This document shows, piece by piece, positions 19,696 through 33,559 of a DNA stretch of 64,000 bases (within the stretch, counting starts at the first letter, position 1; the number at the start of each line of letters is the position of its first letter). Under the pieces are notes generated by a model. It made no database searches, was not told where the DNA came from, and saw nothing but the letters and a program-made list of their open reading frames with translations. The stretch comes from the human T2T-CHM13v2.0 reference genome, Homo sapiens. The DNA is taken from the NCBI RefSeq assembly GCF_009914755.1, contig NC_060947.1; one strand, 5' to 3'. The position numbers and the translations under genes are program-made.

Positions 19696-20703
19696 GGTTG
19701 TTTATTTTTACTTGTAAATTTGTTTAAATTCCTTGTAGATTCTGGATATTAGACATTTGTCAGATGGATAGATGGCAAAAATTTTCTCCCATTCTGTAGG
19801 TTGCTTGCTCACTCTGATGATATTTTCTTTTCCTGAGCAGAAGATCTTTACATTAATTAGATCCCATTTGTCAATTTTGGGTTTTGTTGTAATTGTATTT
19901 GGTGTTTTAGTCATAAACTCTTTGCCCATGCATATGTTCTGAATGTTACTGCCTAGGTTTTCTTCAAGGGTTTTTATCATTTTAGGTTTTACATGTAAGT
20001 CTTTAATCCATCTTGAGTTAATTTTTGTATAAAGTGTTAAAAAGGATTCCAATTTCTGTTTTCTGCATATGGCTAGCCAGTTTTCTCAGCATCATTTGTT
20101 AAATGGGGAATCCTTTCCCCATTTCTTGTTTTTGTCAGGTTTGCCAAAGATCAGAAGGTTGTAGATGTGTGGCATTATTTCTTGGGCTTCTGTTCTGATC
20201 CATTGGTCTATATTTCTGTTTTTGTATTAATACCATGCTGTTTTGGTTACCATAGCTTTGTAGTACAGTTTGAAGTCAGGTAGCATGATGCCTCCAGGTT
20301 TGTTCTTTTTGCTTAGGATTGTCTTGGCTATACGGGCTATTTTTTGGTTCCGTAAGAAATTAAAAGTAGTTTTTCTAGTTCTGTAAAGAAAGCCAATGTT
20401 AGCTTGATGGGAATAGCATTGAATCTACAAATTACCTTGGGTGTATGGCCATTTTCATGATATTGATTCTTCCTATCTTTAGGAATGGAATGTTTTTCCA
20501 TTTATTTGTGTCCTCTCTTATTTTCTTGAGTAGTGGTTTGTAGTTCTCCTTGAAGATTTCCTTCACATCCCTTGTAAGTTGTATTCTAGGTATTTTATTC
20601 TCTTTGTAGCAATTGTTAATGGGAGTTCACTCATGATTTGGCTCTCTGTTTGTCCATTATTGGTGTATAGGACTTCTTGTGATTTTTCCACATTGATTTT
20701 CTA

Positions 20704-20874
<171 letters not shown>

Positions 20875-23800
20875 CTATGTTGAATGGGAGTAGTGAGAGA
20901 GGGCATCCTTGTCTTGTGCCAGTTTGCAAAGGGAATACTTCCATGTTTTGCCCATTCAGTATATTGGCTGTGGGTTTGTCATAAAGAGCTCTTATTATTT
21001 TGAGATATGTTCCATCAATACCTAGTTTATCGAGAATTTTTAGCATGAAGGGGTATTGAATATTATCAAAGGCATTTTCTGTATCTATTGACATAATCCT
21101 GTGAATTTTGCCATTGGACTTATTTCTGTGACGGATTACATTTATTGATTTGTGTATGTTGAACCAGCCTTGCATCCCAGGGATGAAGCTGACTTGATCA
21201 TGGTGGATAAGCTTTTTGATGTGCTGCTGGATTTGGCTTGCCAGTATTTCATTGAGGATTTTTGCATCGATGTTCATGAGTAATTTGGGTCTGAAATTTC
21301 CTTTTTTTGTTTGTCTCTGCCAGGTTTTGGTATCAGGATGATGAGTTATGGAGGAGTCCCTCTTTTTCTATTGTTTGGAATAGTTTCAGAAGGAATGGTA
21401 CCAGCTCCTCTTTGTACATCTGGTAGAATTCAACTGTGAATCCATCTGGTCCTGGGCTTTTTTGGGGTTGGTAGGCTATTAATTACTGCCTCAGTTTCAG
21501 AACATGTTATTGGTCTATTCAGGCATTTAATTTCTTTCTGGTTTAGTCTTGGGAGGGTGTATGTGTCCAGGAATGTATCCTTTTCTTCTAGATTTATTTG
21601 CATAGAGGTATTTATATTATTCTCTGATGGTAGTTCGTATTTCTGTAGGATCAGTGGTGATATCCCCTTTATCATTTTTATTGTGTCTATTTGATTCTTC
21701 TCTCTTTTATTCTTTATTAGTCTGGCTAGCGGTCTATCTATTGTGTTAATCTTGTCAAAAAACCAGGTCCTGAATTCATTGACTTTTTTGAAGAGTTTTT
21801 CATGTCTCGATCTCTTTCAGTTCTGCTCTGATCTTAGCAATTTCTTGTCTTCTGTTGGCTTTTGAATTTGTTTGCTCTTGCTTCTCTAGTTCTTTTAATT
21901 GTGATGTTAGCTTGTTGATTTTAGATCTTTCCCGCTTTCTGATGTGGGCATTTAGTGCTATACATTTCTGTCTAACCACTGCTTTGGCTGTATCCCAGAA
22001 ATTCTGATACATTGTCTTTGTTCTCATTGGTTTCAAAAAACTTTGTTATTTCTCCCTTAATTTCGTTATTTACCCAGTAGTTATTCAGAACAAGGTTGTT
22101 CAGTTTCCATGTAGTTGTGTGGTTTGAGTGAGTTTCTTAATTCTGAGTTCTAATTTTATTGCACTGTGATCTGAGAGCCTGTTTGTTATGATTTCTGTTC
22201 TTTTCCATTTGCTGACGAGTGTTTTGCTTCCAATTATGTGGTTGATTTTAGAATAAGTGCTATGTGGTGCTGAGAAGAATATATATTCTGTTGATTTGGG
22301 ATGGAGAGTTCTGTAGATATCTGTTAGGTGCTCTTGGTCCAGAGCTGAGTTCAAGTCCTGAATATCCTTGTTAATTTTCTGTCTCCTTGATCTGTCTAAT
22401 ATTGACAGTGGGGTATTTAAGCCTCCCTTTATTATTGTGTGGGAGTCTAAGTCCCTTTGTAGGTCTCTAAGAACTTGTTTTATAAAACTGGTTACTCCTG
22501 TATTGGGTGCATATATATTTAGGATAGTTAGCTCTTTGTGTGCATTGATTCCTCTACAATTATGTAATGCCCTTCTTTGTCTTTTTTGATCTTTGTTGGT
22601 TTAAAGTCTGTTTTATCAGAGACTAGGATTGCAACCCCTGCTTTTTTTTTTTGCTTTTTTTTTTTTTCTGTTTTCCATTAACTTGGTAAATATTTTTTAC
22701 CATCCTTTTATTTTGAGCCTATGTGTGTCTTGGCATGTGAGATGGGTCTCCTGAATACAGCACACCAATTGATCTTGACTTTTTATCCAATTTGCCAGTC
22801 TGTGTCTTTTAATTGGGGGCATTTAGTCCATTTACGTTTAAGGTTAATATTGTTATGTGTGAATTTGATCCTGTCTTCATGATTCTAGACGGTTATTTTG
22901 CACATTCGTTGATGTGGTTTCTTCATAGTGTCATTGGTCTTTATATTTTGGTGTGTTTCTGCAGTGGCTGGTACTGGTTTTTCCTTTCCATATTTAGTGC
23001 TTTCTTCAGTAGCTCTTGCAAGACAGGCCTGGTGGTGATGAAATCCCTCAGCATTTGCTTGTCTGTAAAGGATTTTATTTGTCCTTCACTTATGAAGCTT
23101 AGTTTGGCTGGATATTAAATTCTGGGTTGAAAATTCTTTTCTTTAAGAATGTTGAATATTGCCCTCTCCACTCTCTTCTGGCTTGTAGGTTTTCTGCAGA
23201 GAAATCCACTGTTAGTCTGATGGGCTTCCCTTTGTAAGTAATCTGACATTTCTCTCTGGCTGCCCTTAACATTTTTTCCTTTGTTTCAACCTTGGAGAAT
23301 CTGACCATTATGTGTCTTGGGGTAGCACTTCTCAAAAAGTATCTTAAGCTGTTCTCTGTAGTCCCTGAATTTGAATTTGTCCTGTCTTGCTATGTCGGGG
23401 AAGTTCTTCTGGATGATATCCTGAAGTGTGTCTTCCAGTTTGGTTCCATTCTCCCCATCACTTTCAAGGAACCCAATCAATCATAGATTTGGTCTTTTCA
23501 CTTAGTCCCATATTTTTTGGAGACTTTATTTGTTCCTTTTCAGTCTCTTTTTCTCTAATCTTGTCTTTACAGCTCATTTCAGTAATTTGATCTTCAGTCT
23601 CTGATATTCTTTCTTCTGCTTGATCGATTTGGCTGTTGATACTTTTGTATCCTTCATGAAGTTTTCATGCTGTGTTTTTCAGCTCCATCAGGTCATTTAT
23701 ATTCTACTCTAAACTGGTTATTCTAATTAGCAGTTCCTGTAGCCTTTTGTCAAGGATCTTAGTTTCCTTGCATCGGGTTAGAACATGCTCCTTTAGCTCA

Positions 23801-24858
23801 GAGGACTTTGTTATTACCCATCTTGAGAAGCCTACCTCTGTCAGTTCATCAAACTCATTCTCTGTCCAATTTTGTGCCCTTGCTGGAGAACAGCTGTGAT
23901 CATTTGGAGAGGTGGCTTTCAGGTTTTTGGAATTTTCAGCATTTTTGTGCTGGTTTTTCCTCATCTTCATGGATTTATCTACCTTTGATCTTTGAGGTTG
24001 ATGACCTTTTGATGGGGTTTATGAGTGGGGGTTCTTTTTTGTTGATGGCCCTTCTTCTGCAGGTCTGCTGTAGTTTGCTGGAGGTCCACTCCAGACCCTA
24101 TTTGCCTGGATATCACCAGTGGAGGCTGCAGAATAGCAAAGATTCCCACCTGCTCCTTCCTCTGGAAGCTTTGTCCTAGAGGGGCACCAACCTGATGCCA
24201 GCCAGAGCTCTCCTGCATGAGGTGTCTGTCAACCCCTTTTGGGAGGTCTCTCCCAGTCAGGAGGCACAGGAGTCAGGGACCCACTTGAGAAGGCAGTCTG
24301 TTCCTTAGCAGAGCTCTAGTGCTGTGCTGGTTGAACCCTCCTTTTCAGGATCTGCTGATCTCTTCAGAGCTGGCAGGCAGGAACATTTAAGTCCACTGAA
24401 GATACACCCACAACAGCCCCTTTCCCCAGGTGCTCTGTCCCAGTGAGATGGGAGTTTTATCTATAAGCCTTTGACTGGGCCTGCTGCCTTTCTTTCAGAG
24501 ATGCCGTGCCCAGTGAAGAGGAATCTAGAGAGTCAGTCTGGCCACAGCTACTTTGCCACACTATGTTCGGTTCTGCCCAGTCCTTAGTACTGTGAGGGGA
24601 AAACCGCCTATTCAAGCCTTAGTAATAGCAGACACCCCTCCCCACACCAAGCTTGATTATCCCAGGTCGACTTCAGACTGCTGTACTGGCAGTGAGAATT
24701 TGAAGCTGGTGGTTCTTAGCTTGCTGGGTTCTGTGGGAGTGGGACCCACTGAGCAAGACCACTTGGCTCCCTGGCTTCAGTCACCTTTCTAGGGGAGTGA
24801 ACGGTTCTGTCTCACTGGGGTTCCAGGCACCACTAGGGTATGAAAAAAAAAATCTCCT

Positions 24859-25140
<282 letters not shown>

Positions 25141-25545
25141 AAAAAAAAATCTCCTGCAGCTAGCTCATTGTCTGCCCAAACAACCACCCAGTTTTGGGCT
25201 CAAAACACAGGGCCCTGGTGATATATGCACATAAGGGGATCTCCTGGTCTGCAAATTGCAAAAACCATGGGAAAAGCATAATATCTGGGCTGGATAGCAC
25301 AGTCTCTCATGGCTTCCCTTGGCTTGGAAAGGCAGGTTCCCCTACTCCTTGCACTTCCTGTGTGAGGCGACACCCCACTCTGCTTCTGCTCACCCTCCAT
25401 GGGCTGTACCCACTGCCTAACCAGTCCCAATGAGACAAACAGGGTACCTCAGTTGGAAATGCAGAAATCACCCATCTTTTGTGTTGGTCTCCCTAGGAGA
25501 GGCAGCTTGGAACTGTTCCTATCTGGCTGTCTTGCCAGCCAGCCC

Positions 25546-25665
25546 ACAATTACATTATTTTGACTATAGTCACTCTGTTGTGCTATCAAATGCTAAGTCT
25601 TATTCATTCTTTTTATTTTTTTGTACCTATTAACCTTTGATACCACCCTTCCACCACCCCACTCT
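25546..25665 (-). mobile_element. L1MA 3' end, second part
   Basis: Continuation of 18012-18204. Confidence 0.75.
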
Positions 25666-25916
25666 GTATTTTTTTTATTATTTAGAAATTTCAATAAGTT
25701 TTGGGAGTGTTTGCTTACATGGATAAGTTCTTTAGTGGTGATTTCTGAGATTTTGGTGCACCCATCACCTAAGCAGTGTACACTGTACCCAATGTGCAGT
25801 CTTTTATCCCTCACCCCCCTCCCACCCTTTCCCCCAAGTCCCAAAGTCCATTGTATCATTCTTTTTCTTTTCTTTTCTTTTCTTTTCTTTTCTTTTCTTT
25901 CTTTCTTTCTTTCTTT

Positions 25917-25950
<34 letters not shown>

Positions 25951-26607
25951 AGATGGAGTGGAGTCTAGCTCTGTCTCCCAGGCTGGAGTGCAGTGGCCCT
26001 ATTTGGCTCACTGCAAGCTCTGCCTCCTGGGTTCATGCCATTCTCCTGCCTCAGCCTCTCGAGTAGCTGGGACTACAGGCGCCTGCCACCAAGCCAGGAT
26101 AATTTTTTTGTACTTTTAATAGAGACGGGGTTTCACTCTGTGTTAGCCAGGATGATCTCAATCTCCTGACCTCGTGATCCACCCGCCTCAGCCTCCTGAA
26201 GTGCTGGGATTACGGGTGTGAGCCACTGTGCCTGGCCTCATTGTATCATTCTTATACCTTTGCATGTGCATAGCTTATGAGTGAGAACATATGACGTTTG
26301 GTTTTCTATTCCTGAGTTACTTCACTTGTTTTGGTGACTATGGCCTTATAGTATAGTTTGAAGTTGGGTAATGTGATACCTCCAGGTCTGTTCCTTTTCC
26401 CTTATTCTTGCTTTGGCTATGTAGGGTCTTCTTTGGTTAAATATGAATTTTAAGATTGTGTTTTCTAGTTCTGTCAATAATAATAGTGGTATTTTTATGG
26501 GAACTGCATTGAATTTGTAGGTTGCCTTTGGCAGTATGATCATTTTTCACACTACTGATTCTATCCATCCATGAGCATGGGATATGTTTCCCTTTGTTTG
26601 TGTCATC
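25666..26607 (-). mobile_element. L1PB-like 3' end plus ORF2 piece (internal deletion at ~26327), interrupted by AluY
   Basis: ttctttagtggtgatttctgagattttggtgcacccatcacc 3'UTR; jumps from ...gagttacttcact to ORF2 tgttttggtgactatggcc. Confidence 0.75.
25864..26237 (-). mobile_element. AluY with expanded (TTTTC)n/(TTTC)n/poly(T) tail
   Basis: AluY-type diagnostics (ctgcaagctctgcctcctgggttcatgccattctcc; gttagccaggatg). 15-bp TSD cattgtatcattctt at 25849-25863 and 26239-26253. Confidence 0.92.
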
Positions 26608-27105
26608 AAAGGAAAGCCCAAGACCTGATTGAATTAGTGTTGAATTCTACCAAATATTTAAGGATGAATAAATAGCAATTCTTTCCAAATTCTTTTAAAA
26701 AATTGAAGAAAAGGAAACATTTTCCAACTCATTTTATGAGGCTAGCATTAGCCTGATACCAAAGCCAGATGAGGATACCATAGGAAAAGTAAACTACAGA
26801 ATAATATTTCTGCTGAACATAGGCAAAAATTCTCAATAAAATGCTAGAAACCCTAATTCAACAAGACATTAAAAGGATAATTCACCATGATCAAGTGTGA
26901 TTCATCCCTGGGATGGAAGAATAGTTTAATAAGTGCAAATTAATGAATGTGATATACCACATTAATGGAATGAAGGATAAAAATGATATGACCATCTCAA
27001 TAGATGCAAAGAAAGCATTCAACAAAAGTCAACATTTCTTTCATTAGAATAACTCTCAAAATTAGGTGTAGAAGGAATGTATCTCAATATGATAAAGGCC
27101 ATATA
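26608..27105 (+). mobile_element. Old L1M ORF2 fragment
   Basis: gaattctaccaaatattt...ccaactcattttatgaggctagcatt...ctgataccaaagccaga (RT N-terminal region). Confidence 0.75.
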
Positions 27106-27666
27106 TGAGGGGTCTTCAAAAGTTTATTGAAAATGCGTATAATGAAATAATTATGCATGGATTTCAAAACTCATTTGCACCAAAGTAAACTCTAACTTGT
27201 TGTAAAATGTCTGAACAGGATCTAGCTTGAGATATTAAGAAGAATAAAATATCAGTTTGAAAAAAACCTCCACCAAAGCAACTCGAATTCTGTCAAAATT
27301 GAAGCAAAAAGAAATATTAAATTTATGGTGAAGGTTGGGTGGCAGAATGATGAAATAACTTATGTTTTATAAAGAGCTTATGGAGACAGTCCCCCTAAGA
27401 AATGAGCAGCTTACAAATGGATGATTTGTTTTAAGAAAGGAGCACATGATGCTGAAAATGAAGCTCACATTTGCAGATCCTCCAACATCAATTTTTGAGG
27501 AAAATGTCTTGCTTATGCCCTAATTGAAGAAGACTGACAATTAACAGTAGAAGCAGTAGCCAACACCATAGATAGCTCAATAAGTTCAGATGAGACAATT
27601 CTGACTGAAGAATTAAGGTTGAGCAAACTTTCCAGTTAATGGGTCCCAAAACAATTGCACCCAGAA
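27106..27666 (+). mobile_element. HSMAR2 mariner, 5' half only
   Basis: After TA: tgaggggtcttcaaaagtttattgaaaatgcgtataatgaaataattatgcatggatttc, the HSMAR2 left end. Decayed transposase start (aattctgtcaaaattgaagcaa...aaatttatggtgaaggttgggtgg). No right half. Confidence 0.85.
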
Positions 27667-28103
27667 AGAAAGAACCAACCCAGATGCCCATCAATGTTAG
27701 ACTGTGTAAAGAAAATATGGCACATATACACCATGGAATACTATGCAGCCATAAATAAGAATAAGTTCATGTCCTTTGCAGGGACATGGATGAAGCTGGA
27801 AACCAAAAATTCTCAGCAAACTAACACAGGAACAGAAAACTAAATACTGCATGTTTTCATTCATAAGTGGGAGTTGAACAGCGAGAACACATGGACACAG
27901 GAAGGGGAACATCACACACCAGGGCCTGTCGGGCAGTGGGGGGGCAAAGGGAGGGATTAAGTCATACACCCAATGCATGTGGGGCTTAAAACCCGGATTA
28001 TGGCTTGATGGGTACAGCAAACCACCATGGTACATGTATACTTATGTAACAAACCCACATGTTTTGCACATGTATCCTAGATCTTAAAGTATAATAAAAA
28101 AAA
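27667..28103 (+). mobile_element. 5'-truncated L1PA8A/PA10-like 3' end
   Basis: ORF2 C-terminus ([15 protein letters not shown]), 3'UTR with aatgcatgtggggcttaaaacc, and an A tail. Confidence 0.85.
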
Positions 28104-28655
28104 ACCCTCAACATTCCTGATTATTAGAAAAAATCCAAATCAAAACCACATCATGGTACCATCTCACACCAATCAAAATGGCTATCATTAAAAAGTCAAA
28201 AAATAACAGGTGCTGGCAAGGTTATGGGGGAAAATGATTACTTATACACTGTTGGTTGCAGTGTAAATTAGTTTAATCACAGTGGAAAAACTTGATGAAG
28301 ACCTAAAAACAGAACTGCCATTCAACCCAGCAACCTCATTACTGGGTACATACCCAAAGGAATATAAATTATTTTTTTGTAAAGACACATGCATATGTAT
28401 TTGCATTACAGCTCTATTCACAATAGCAAAGATATGAATTCAACCTAAATACCCATCAATGATAGACTGGATAAAGAAAATGTGGTACACATACACCATG
28501 AAATATTATGCATCCATTAAAAATGAAATTATGTCCTTTGCAGTAACATGGATAGAACTGAAGGCCATTATCCTTAGCAAACTAATGCAGGAACAGAAAG
28601 TCAAATACCACATGTTCTTGCTTATACATGGGAGCTAAATGATGAGAATGTATGG
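28104..28655 (+). mobile_element. Older L1PA13-16-like ORF2 C-terminal/3'UTR fragment
   Basis: caaatcaaaaccaca...ccatctcacacc...gcaaactaatgcaggaacagaaa...gggagctaaatgatgagaa; truncated at both ends. Confidence 0.65.
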
Positions 28656-31600
28656 ACTATACAAATACATGGAAATTAAACAATATCTCCCGAATGACCA
28701 GTGGGTCAATGAAATTAAGAAAGACATTGAAACTTTCTTGAAATAAATAATAGTGAAAACACAACATACCAAAACCTATGGGATACAGCAAAAGCAATAC
28801 TAAGAGATGTTTAGAGCTATATGTGCCTAAATCAAAAAAAGAGAAAACACTTCAAATAAAAAATCTAATGATGCATCTTAAAGAACTAGAAAAGCAGGAA
28901 AAAAGCTAACTCAAATTTAGCAGAAGAGAAAAAATAATAAAGATCAGAGAAGAAATAAATAAAATTGAAAGAATACAAAGATAAATGAAACAAAAAGTTG
29001 GTTTTTGGAGAATTTAGTCAAAATTGACGAACTTTTAGCCAGACTGTATTTGTCCATTCTCACATTGCTATAAGAAATGCCTGCAACTGGCAAATTTATA
29101 AGGAAAATATGTTTAATTGGCTCATGGTTCCACAAGCTGTACAGGAAGCATAATGCTGGCATCTGCTTGGCTTCTTGGGAGGTCTCAGGAAACTTACAAT
29201 CATGGCAGAAGGTGAAGGGGGAAAGGCCAATCTCACCTGGCTTGAGTGGGAGGGTTGGGTTGCCACACACTTTTTAAAAACCAGATCTTGGGAGAACTCT
29301 ATTATGAGAACAGAAACAAAGGAGGAAATCAACACCCATGATCCAATTACCTTCAATCAGGCTCCACCTCCAACACTGGGGCTACAAATTCACATGAGAT
29401 TTGGGTGGGGACACAGATCCAGACCATACCATAGATGAACTAACAAAAAAGAGAGAAAATCCAAATAAATAAAATCAGAAATGAAAAAGGAGACATTACA
29501 ACAGATAGTGCAGAAATGCAAAGGATCATTAGTGGCTACCATGAGCAACTATATGCCAATAAATTAGAAAATCTAGAAGAAATTGACAAATTCCTAGATA
29601 TGTACAATCTACCAATATTGAAGTAGGAAGAAATTTAAAACCTGAGCAGACCAATTACAAGTAACAAGATTGAAACCATAATAAAAAGCCTCCCAGTAAA
29701 GAAAAGTCTGGTACCTCATGACTTCACTGCCAAATTCTACCAAAAATTTAAGGAAGAGCTAATATCAATCCTACTAAAACAATTTAAAAAATGGTCTAGG
29801 AGGAAATAATTCAAAACCCACTTTACAAGGCCAGTATTACCCTAATACCAAAACCAGACAAAGACACATCAGAAAAAAAAAACAAAACCTACAGGCCTAT
29901 ATCTCTCCTGAATATTAATGCAAAAATTTGTGACATGATACTAGCAAACTAAATTCAGCACTACATTAAAAAAAGCATTTATCATGACCAAGTGGGATTT
30001 ATCCCTGGGATGCAAGGATGGTTCAACATACCCAAATCAATCAATGTGATACATCATGTCAACACAATGAAAAATAAAAACCATATAAATTTTTAAACTG
30101 ATGCTGGAAAAGTATTTGATAAAAATTCAACATCATTTCATGGTAAAAAAAAATCCCTCAATAAACTACGTATGGAAGGAACATAACTCAACATAATAAA
30201 ATCATTTATGACACACCCACAGCCAGTATCACTCAGAATTGGGAAAAACTGAAAGCCTTTTCTCTAAGATCTGGAACAAGACAAGGATGCCCACTTTCCT
30301 AATGGTTATTCAACATAGAACTGGAAGTCCTAGCAATTAGACAAGAGAAAAAATAAAGAACATCCAAATTGGAATAGAAGAAGTCAAATTATCCTTGTTT
30401 GCAGATGATGTAGTCTTATATTTTGAAAAACTAAAGACCTTTTTGTTAGAACAATTTGTTTATTAGAACTGATAAACAAATTCAGTGTAGCTGCAGGATA
30501 GAAAATCAATATAAAATATCAGTAACATTTCTGTATTTCAACAGTGATCAGTCTGAAAAAGAAATCAAAAAAGTAAACCCATATACAATAGCCACAAATA
30601 AAATTAAATATCTAGGAATTAATTTAACCAAAGAAGTAAAAGATCTCTTTAAGGAAAACTATAAAACACTGATGAAAGAAATTAAAGAGGACACCAAAAA
30701 TGAAAAAGTGTTCCATGTTCATGGATTGGAATAATCAATAATTTTTAAATGTCCATACTGCCCAAAGCTATCTACAGATTCAATGCAATCCCTATCAAAA
30801 TACCAATGACATACTACACAGAAATAGAAAAAACAATCTTAAAATTTATATGGAACCACAAAGACCCAGAATAGCCAAAGCTATCATAAGCAAAAAGAAC
30901 AAAACTGAAGGAATCACAGTACCTGACTTCAAATTATACCATACAACACAGATATAGTAACCAAAACAGCATAGTACTGGCATAGAAACAGATACATAGA
31001 CCAATGAAACAGAATAGAGAACTCCGAAAAAAATCCGCACGCCTACAATGAACTCATTTTGACAAAGATACCAAGAACATACACTGGGGAAAACAGTCTC
31101 CTCCATAAATAGTGCTGGGAAAACTGGATACTCATATGTAGAAGAATGAAACTAGATTCCTATCTCTTGCCATATACAAAAATCCAATCAAAATGGATTA
31201 AAGACTTAAATCTAAGACCTCAGACTATGAAACTACTACCATAAAACATTGGGAAAAATCTCCGGGTCATTGGTCCGGGCAAAAATTTCTTGAGCAATAC
31301 CCCCCAAGTAGAGTCAACCACAGGGAAAATGGACAAATGAGACCATATCAAGTTAAAAAGCTTCTGCACAGCAAAGAAAACTACCAAAAAAGGGAAGAGA
31401 CAACCCACAGAATAGGAGCAAATATTTGCAAACTCCCCTTCTGACAAGGAATTAACAACCAGAATATATAAGGAGCTCAAACAACTCTACAGGAAAAAAT
31501 CTAATAATTCTATCAAAAATAGGCAAAAATTTTGAATAGATAGACATTTCTCAAAAAAAGACATACAGATGGCTAGCAAGCATATGAAAAGGTGCTTAAC

Positions 31601-32510
31601 ATCACTAATCATTAGAGAAATGCAATTCAAAACCACAATGAGTTATTATCTCTTCCCAGTTAAAATGACTTATACCCAAAAGACAGGCAATAGTAATGCG
31701 GTGAGGACGTGGAGAAAAGGGATCCCTCGTCCACTGTTGGTGGGAACGTAAATTAGTACAACCCCTATGGAAAACAGTCTAGAAATTCCTCAAAAAAGCT
31801 AAAAATAGAGCTATCATATGATCCAACAAGCCCAATATTGGGTATATACCTCCCAAAAAGGAAATCAGCATATTGAAGAGATAAATATACTCCCATGTTT
31901 GTTGCAGCACTTTTCACAGTAACTAAGATTTGAAAGCAACCTAAGTGTCCATCACAGATGAATAGATAAAGAAAACGTGGTACATATACACAACGGAGTA
32001 GTATTCAGCCATAAAAAGGACATCCTGTCATTTGCAACAACAGGGATGGAACTGAAGATTGTTATGTTAAGTGAAATAAGCAAGACACAGAAAGACAAAC
32101 ATCGCATGTTCTTACTTACTTATGGGATCTGAAAATCGAAACAATTGAACTTATGGACATAGAATAGAAGGATGGCTACCAGAGTCTGGGAAGGGAGCAT
32201 TGGAGTGGATGTGGGGAAGGTTAATGGCTATAAAAAGTAGTTAGAAATAATGAATAAGGCTTACTATTTGATAGAACAACAGGGTGACTATAGTCAATAA
32301 TAACTGAATTGTACATTTTAAAATAATTAGAAGGAGTAATTTGATTTTTTATAAACAGAAAGGATAAATACTTGAGGGAATGTTACACCCCTTTTTCCAT
32401 GATAGGATTATTTCACATGGCATGACTGTATCAACACATCTCATGTACCCCATAAATATATACACCTACTGTGTATCCACAAAAATTAAAAATCAAAAAT
32501 CAAAAAAAGT
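28656..32510 (+). mobile_element. L1MA2/3-like ORF2 and 3' end
   Basis: Collinear decayed ORF2 (fragments at 30456-30734 and 31569-31751) and the L1MA 3'UTR (cagggtgactatagtcaataat...catgtaccccataaatatatacacctact). Confidence 0.85.
29045..29431 (+). mobile_element. MSTA MaLR solo LTR
   Basis: tgtatttgtccattctcacattgctataa...caggaaacttacaatcatggcagaaggtgaagggg...ggggacacagatccagaccatacca. Degenerate 5-bp TSD cagac/tagat. Confidence 0.85.
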
Positions 32511-32514
32511 TTTT

Positions 32515-33000
32515 AAGAAAGGAAATCCTGCCACTTGTGACAACATATATAAAACTGGAGAACATTATGTTAAATGAAATAAGCCAGACAGAGAAAGAAA
32601 AATACACTTTTATATGGAATCAAAAAAATTCAAACTCATAGAGGCAGAGAGTAGAATGGTGATTTCCAGGGGCTGCAGGTATAGGGAGAGGTTGGTTAAA
32701 GTGTACAAACTTTCCTGTGTTAAGATGAATAAGTACCAGAAACCTAATTTACAGCATGGTATATATAGTTAATGTATAATATGCTCAAAATTTGCTAACA
32801 GAGTAGATCTGAAATATTCTCACCACAAAAAGGTAGTTATGTGAGATGATGGATATGTTAATTAGCTTGATTGTGGCAACCATTTCACAATGTGTATATA
32901 TATATATATATATAAATATATATGTATATATATAAACATCACATTACACAGTTTAAACGTATACACTTTTAATTTGTCAATCACATCTGAATAAAGTTGT
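32515..33000 (+). mobile_element. L1MA9/MB-like 3' end containing (TA)n at ~32895-32934
   Basis: ggaaatcctgccac...aaactcatagaggcagagagtagaatggtg...gagtagatctgaaatattctcaccac. Confidence 0.7.
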
Positions 33001-33149
33001 GTGCAGGAAAAAATAAAACTATTCTAGACTCATCTCACAAATTTGGAGTCCTGAATGGATTGAGCTGATATGCAAGTAGTCCGATTGTCTTCCAGAAATC
33101 TATCCAGCAATCTTTAAATGAAGGCAAGCAAATGCAGTGTTCAACAGTG

Positions 33150-33540
33150 TAACATCACAATTCCAGCCTCCAACAAAAATATTAGACACGCAAAGTAGCT
33201 GGAAAATATAGGCATAACTATGAGAATAATCAGTCCATAAAAACAGACCTAGAAATAACAGATATGATGGAATTAGAAGAGAATAAATATAAAACAGCTA
33301 TTATAAATATGCTCTGTGGTTTAGAGAAACATGTCAACATAATGAAAAAGTAAATGGAATTATTAAATAGGAAACAAATGGAAACTCTATTGCTGAAATA
33401 TGCAATATCTGAAAAGTTAAATAGATGGGTAATAGCAGATTAGGTACCACAAAAGAAAAATAACAAACCCAAAGACATAGCAATAAAAACTTTTTTAAAT
33501 GAAGCATGGAGCAAAAAAAGACTGCAATAGAATGAATCAA
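33150..33540 (+). mobile_element. Ancient L1M ORF1-region fragment
   Basis: acagacctagaaataacagatatgatggaattag...aaaacagctattataaatatgctc. Confidence 0.5.
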
Positions 33541-33559
33541 GGGAAGTTCATAGCCGATT

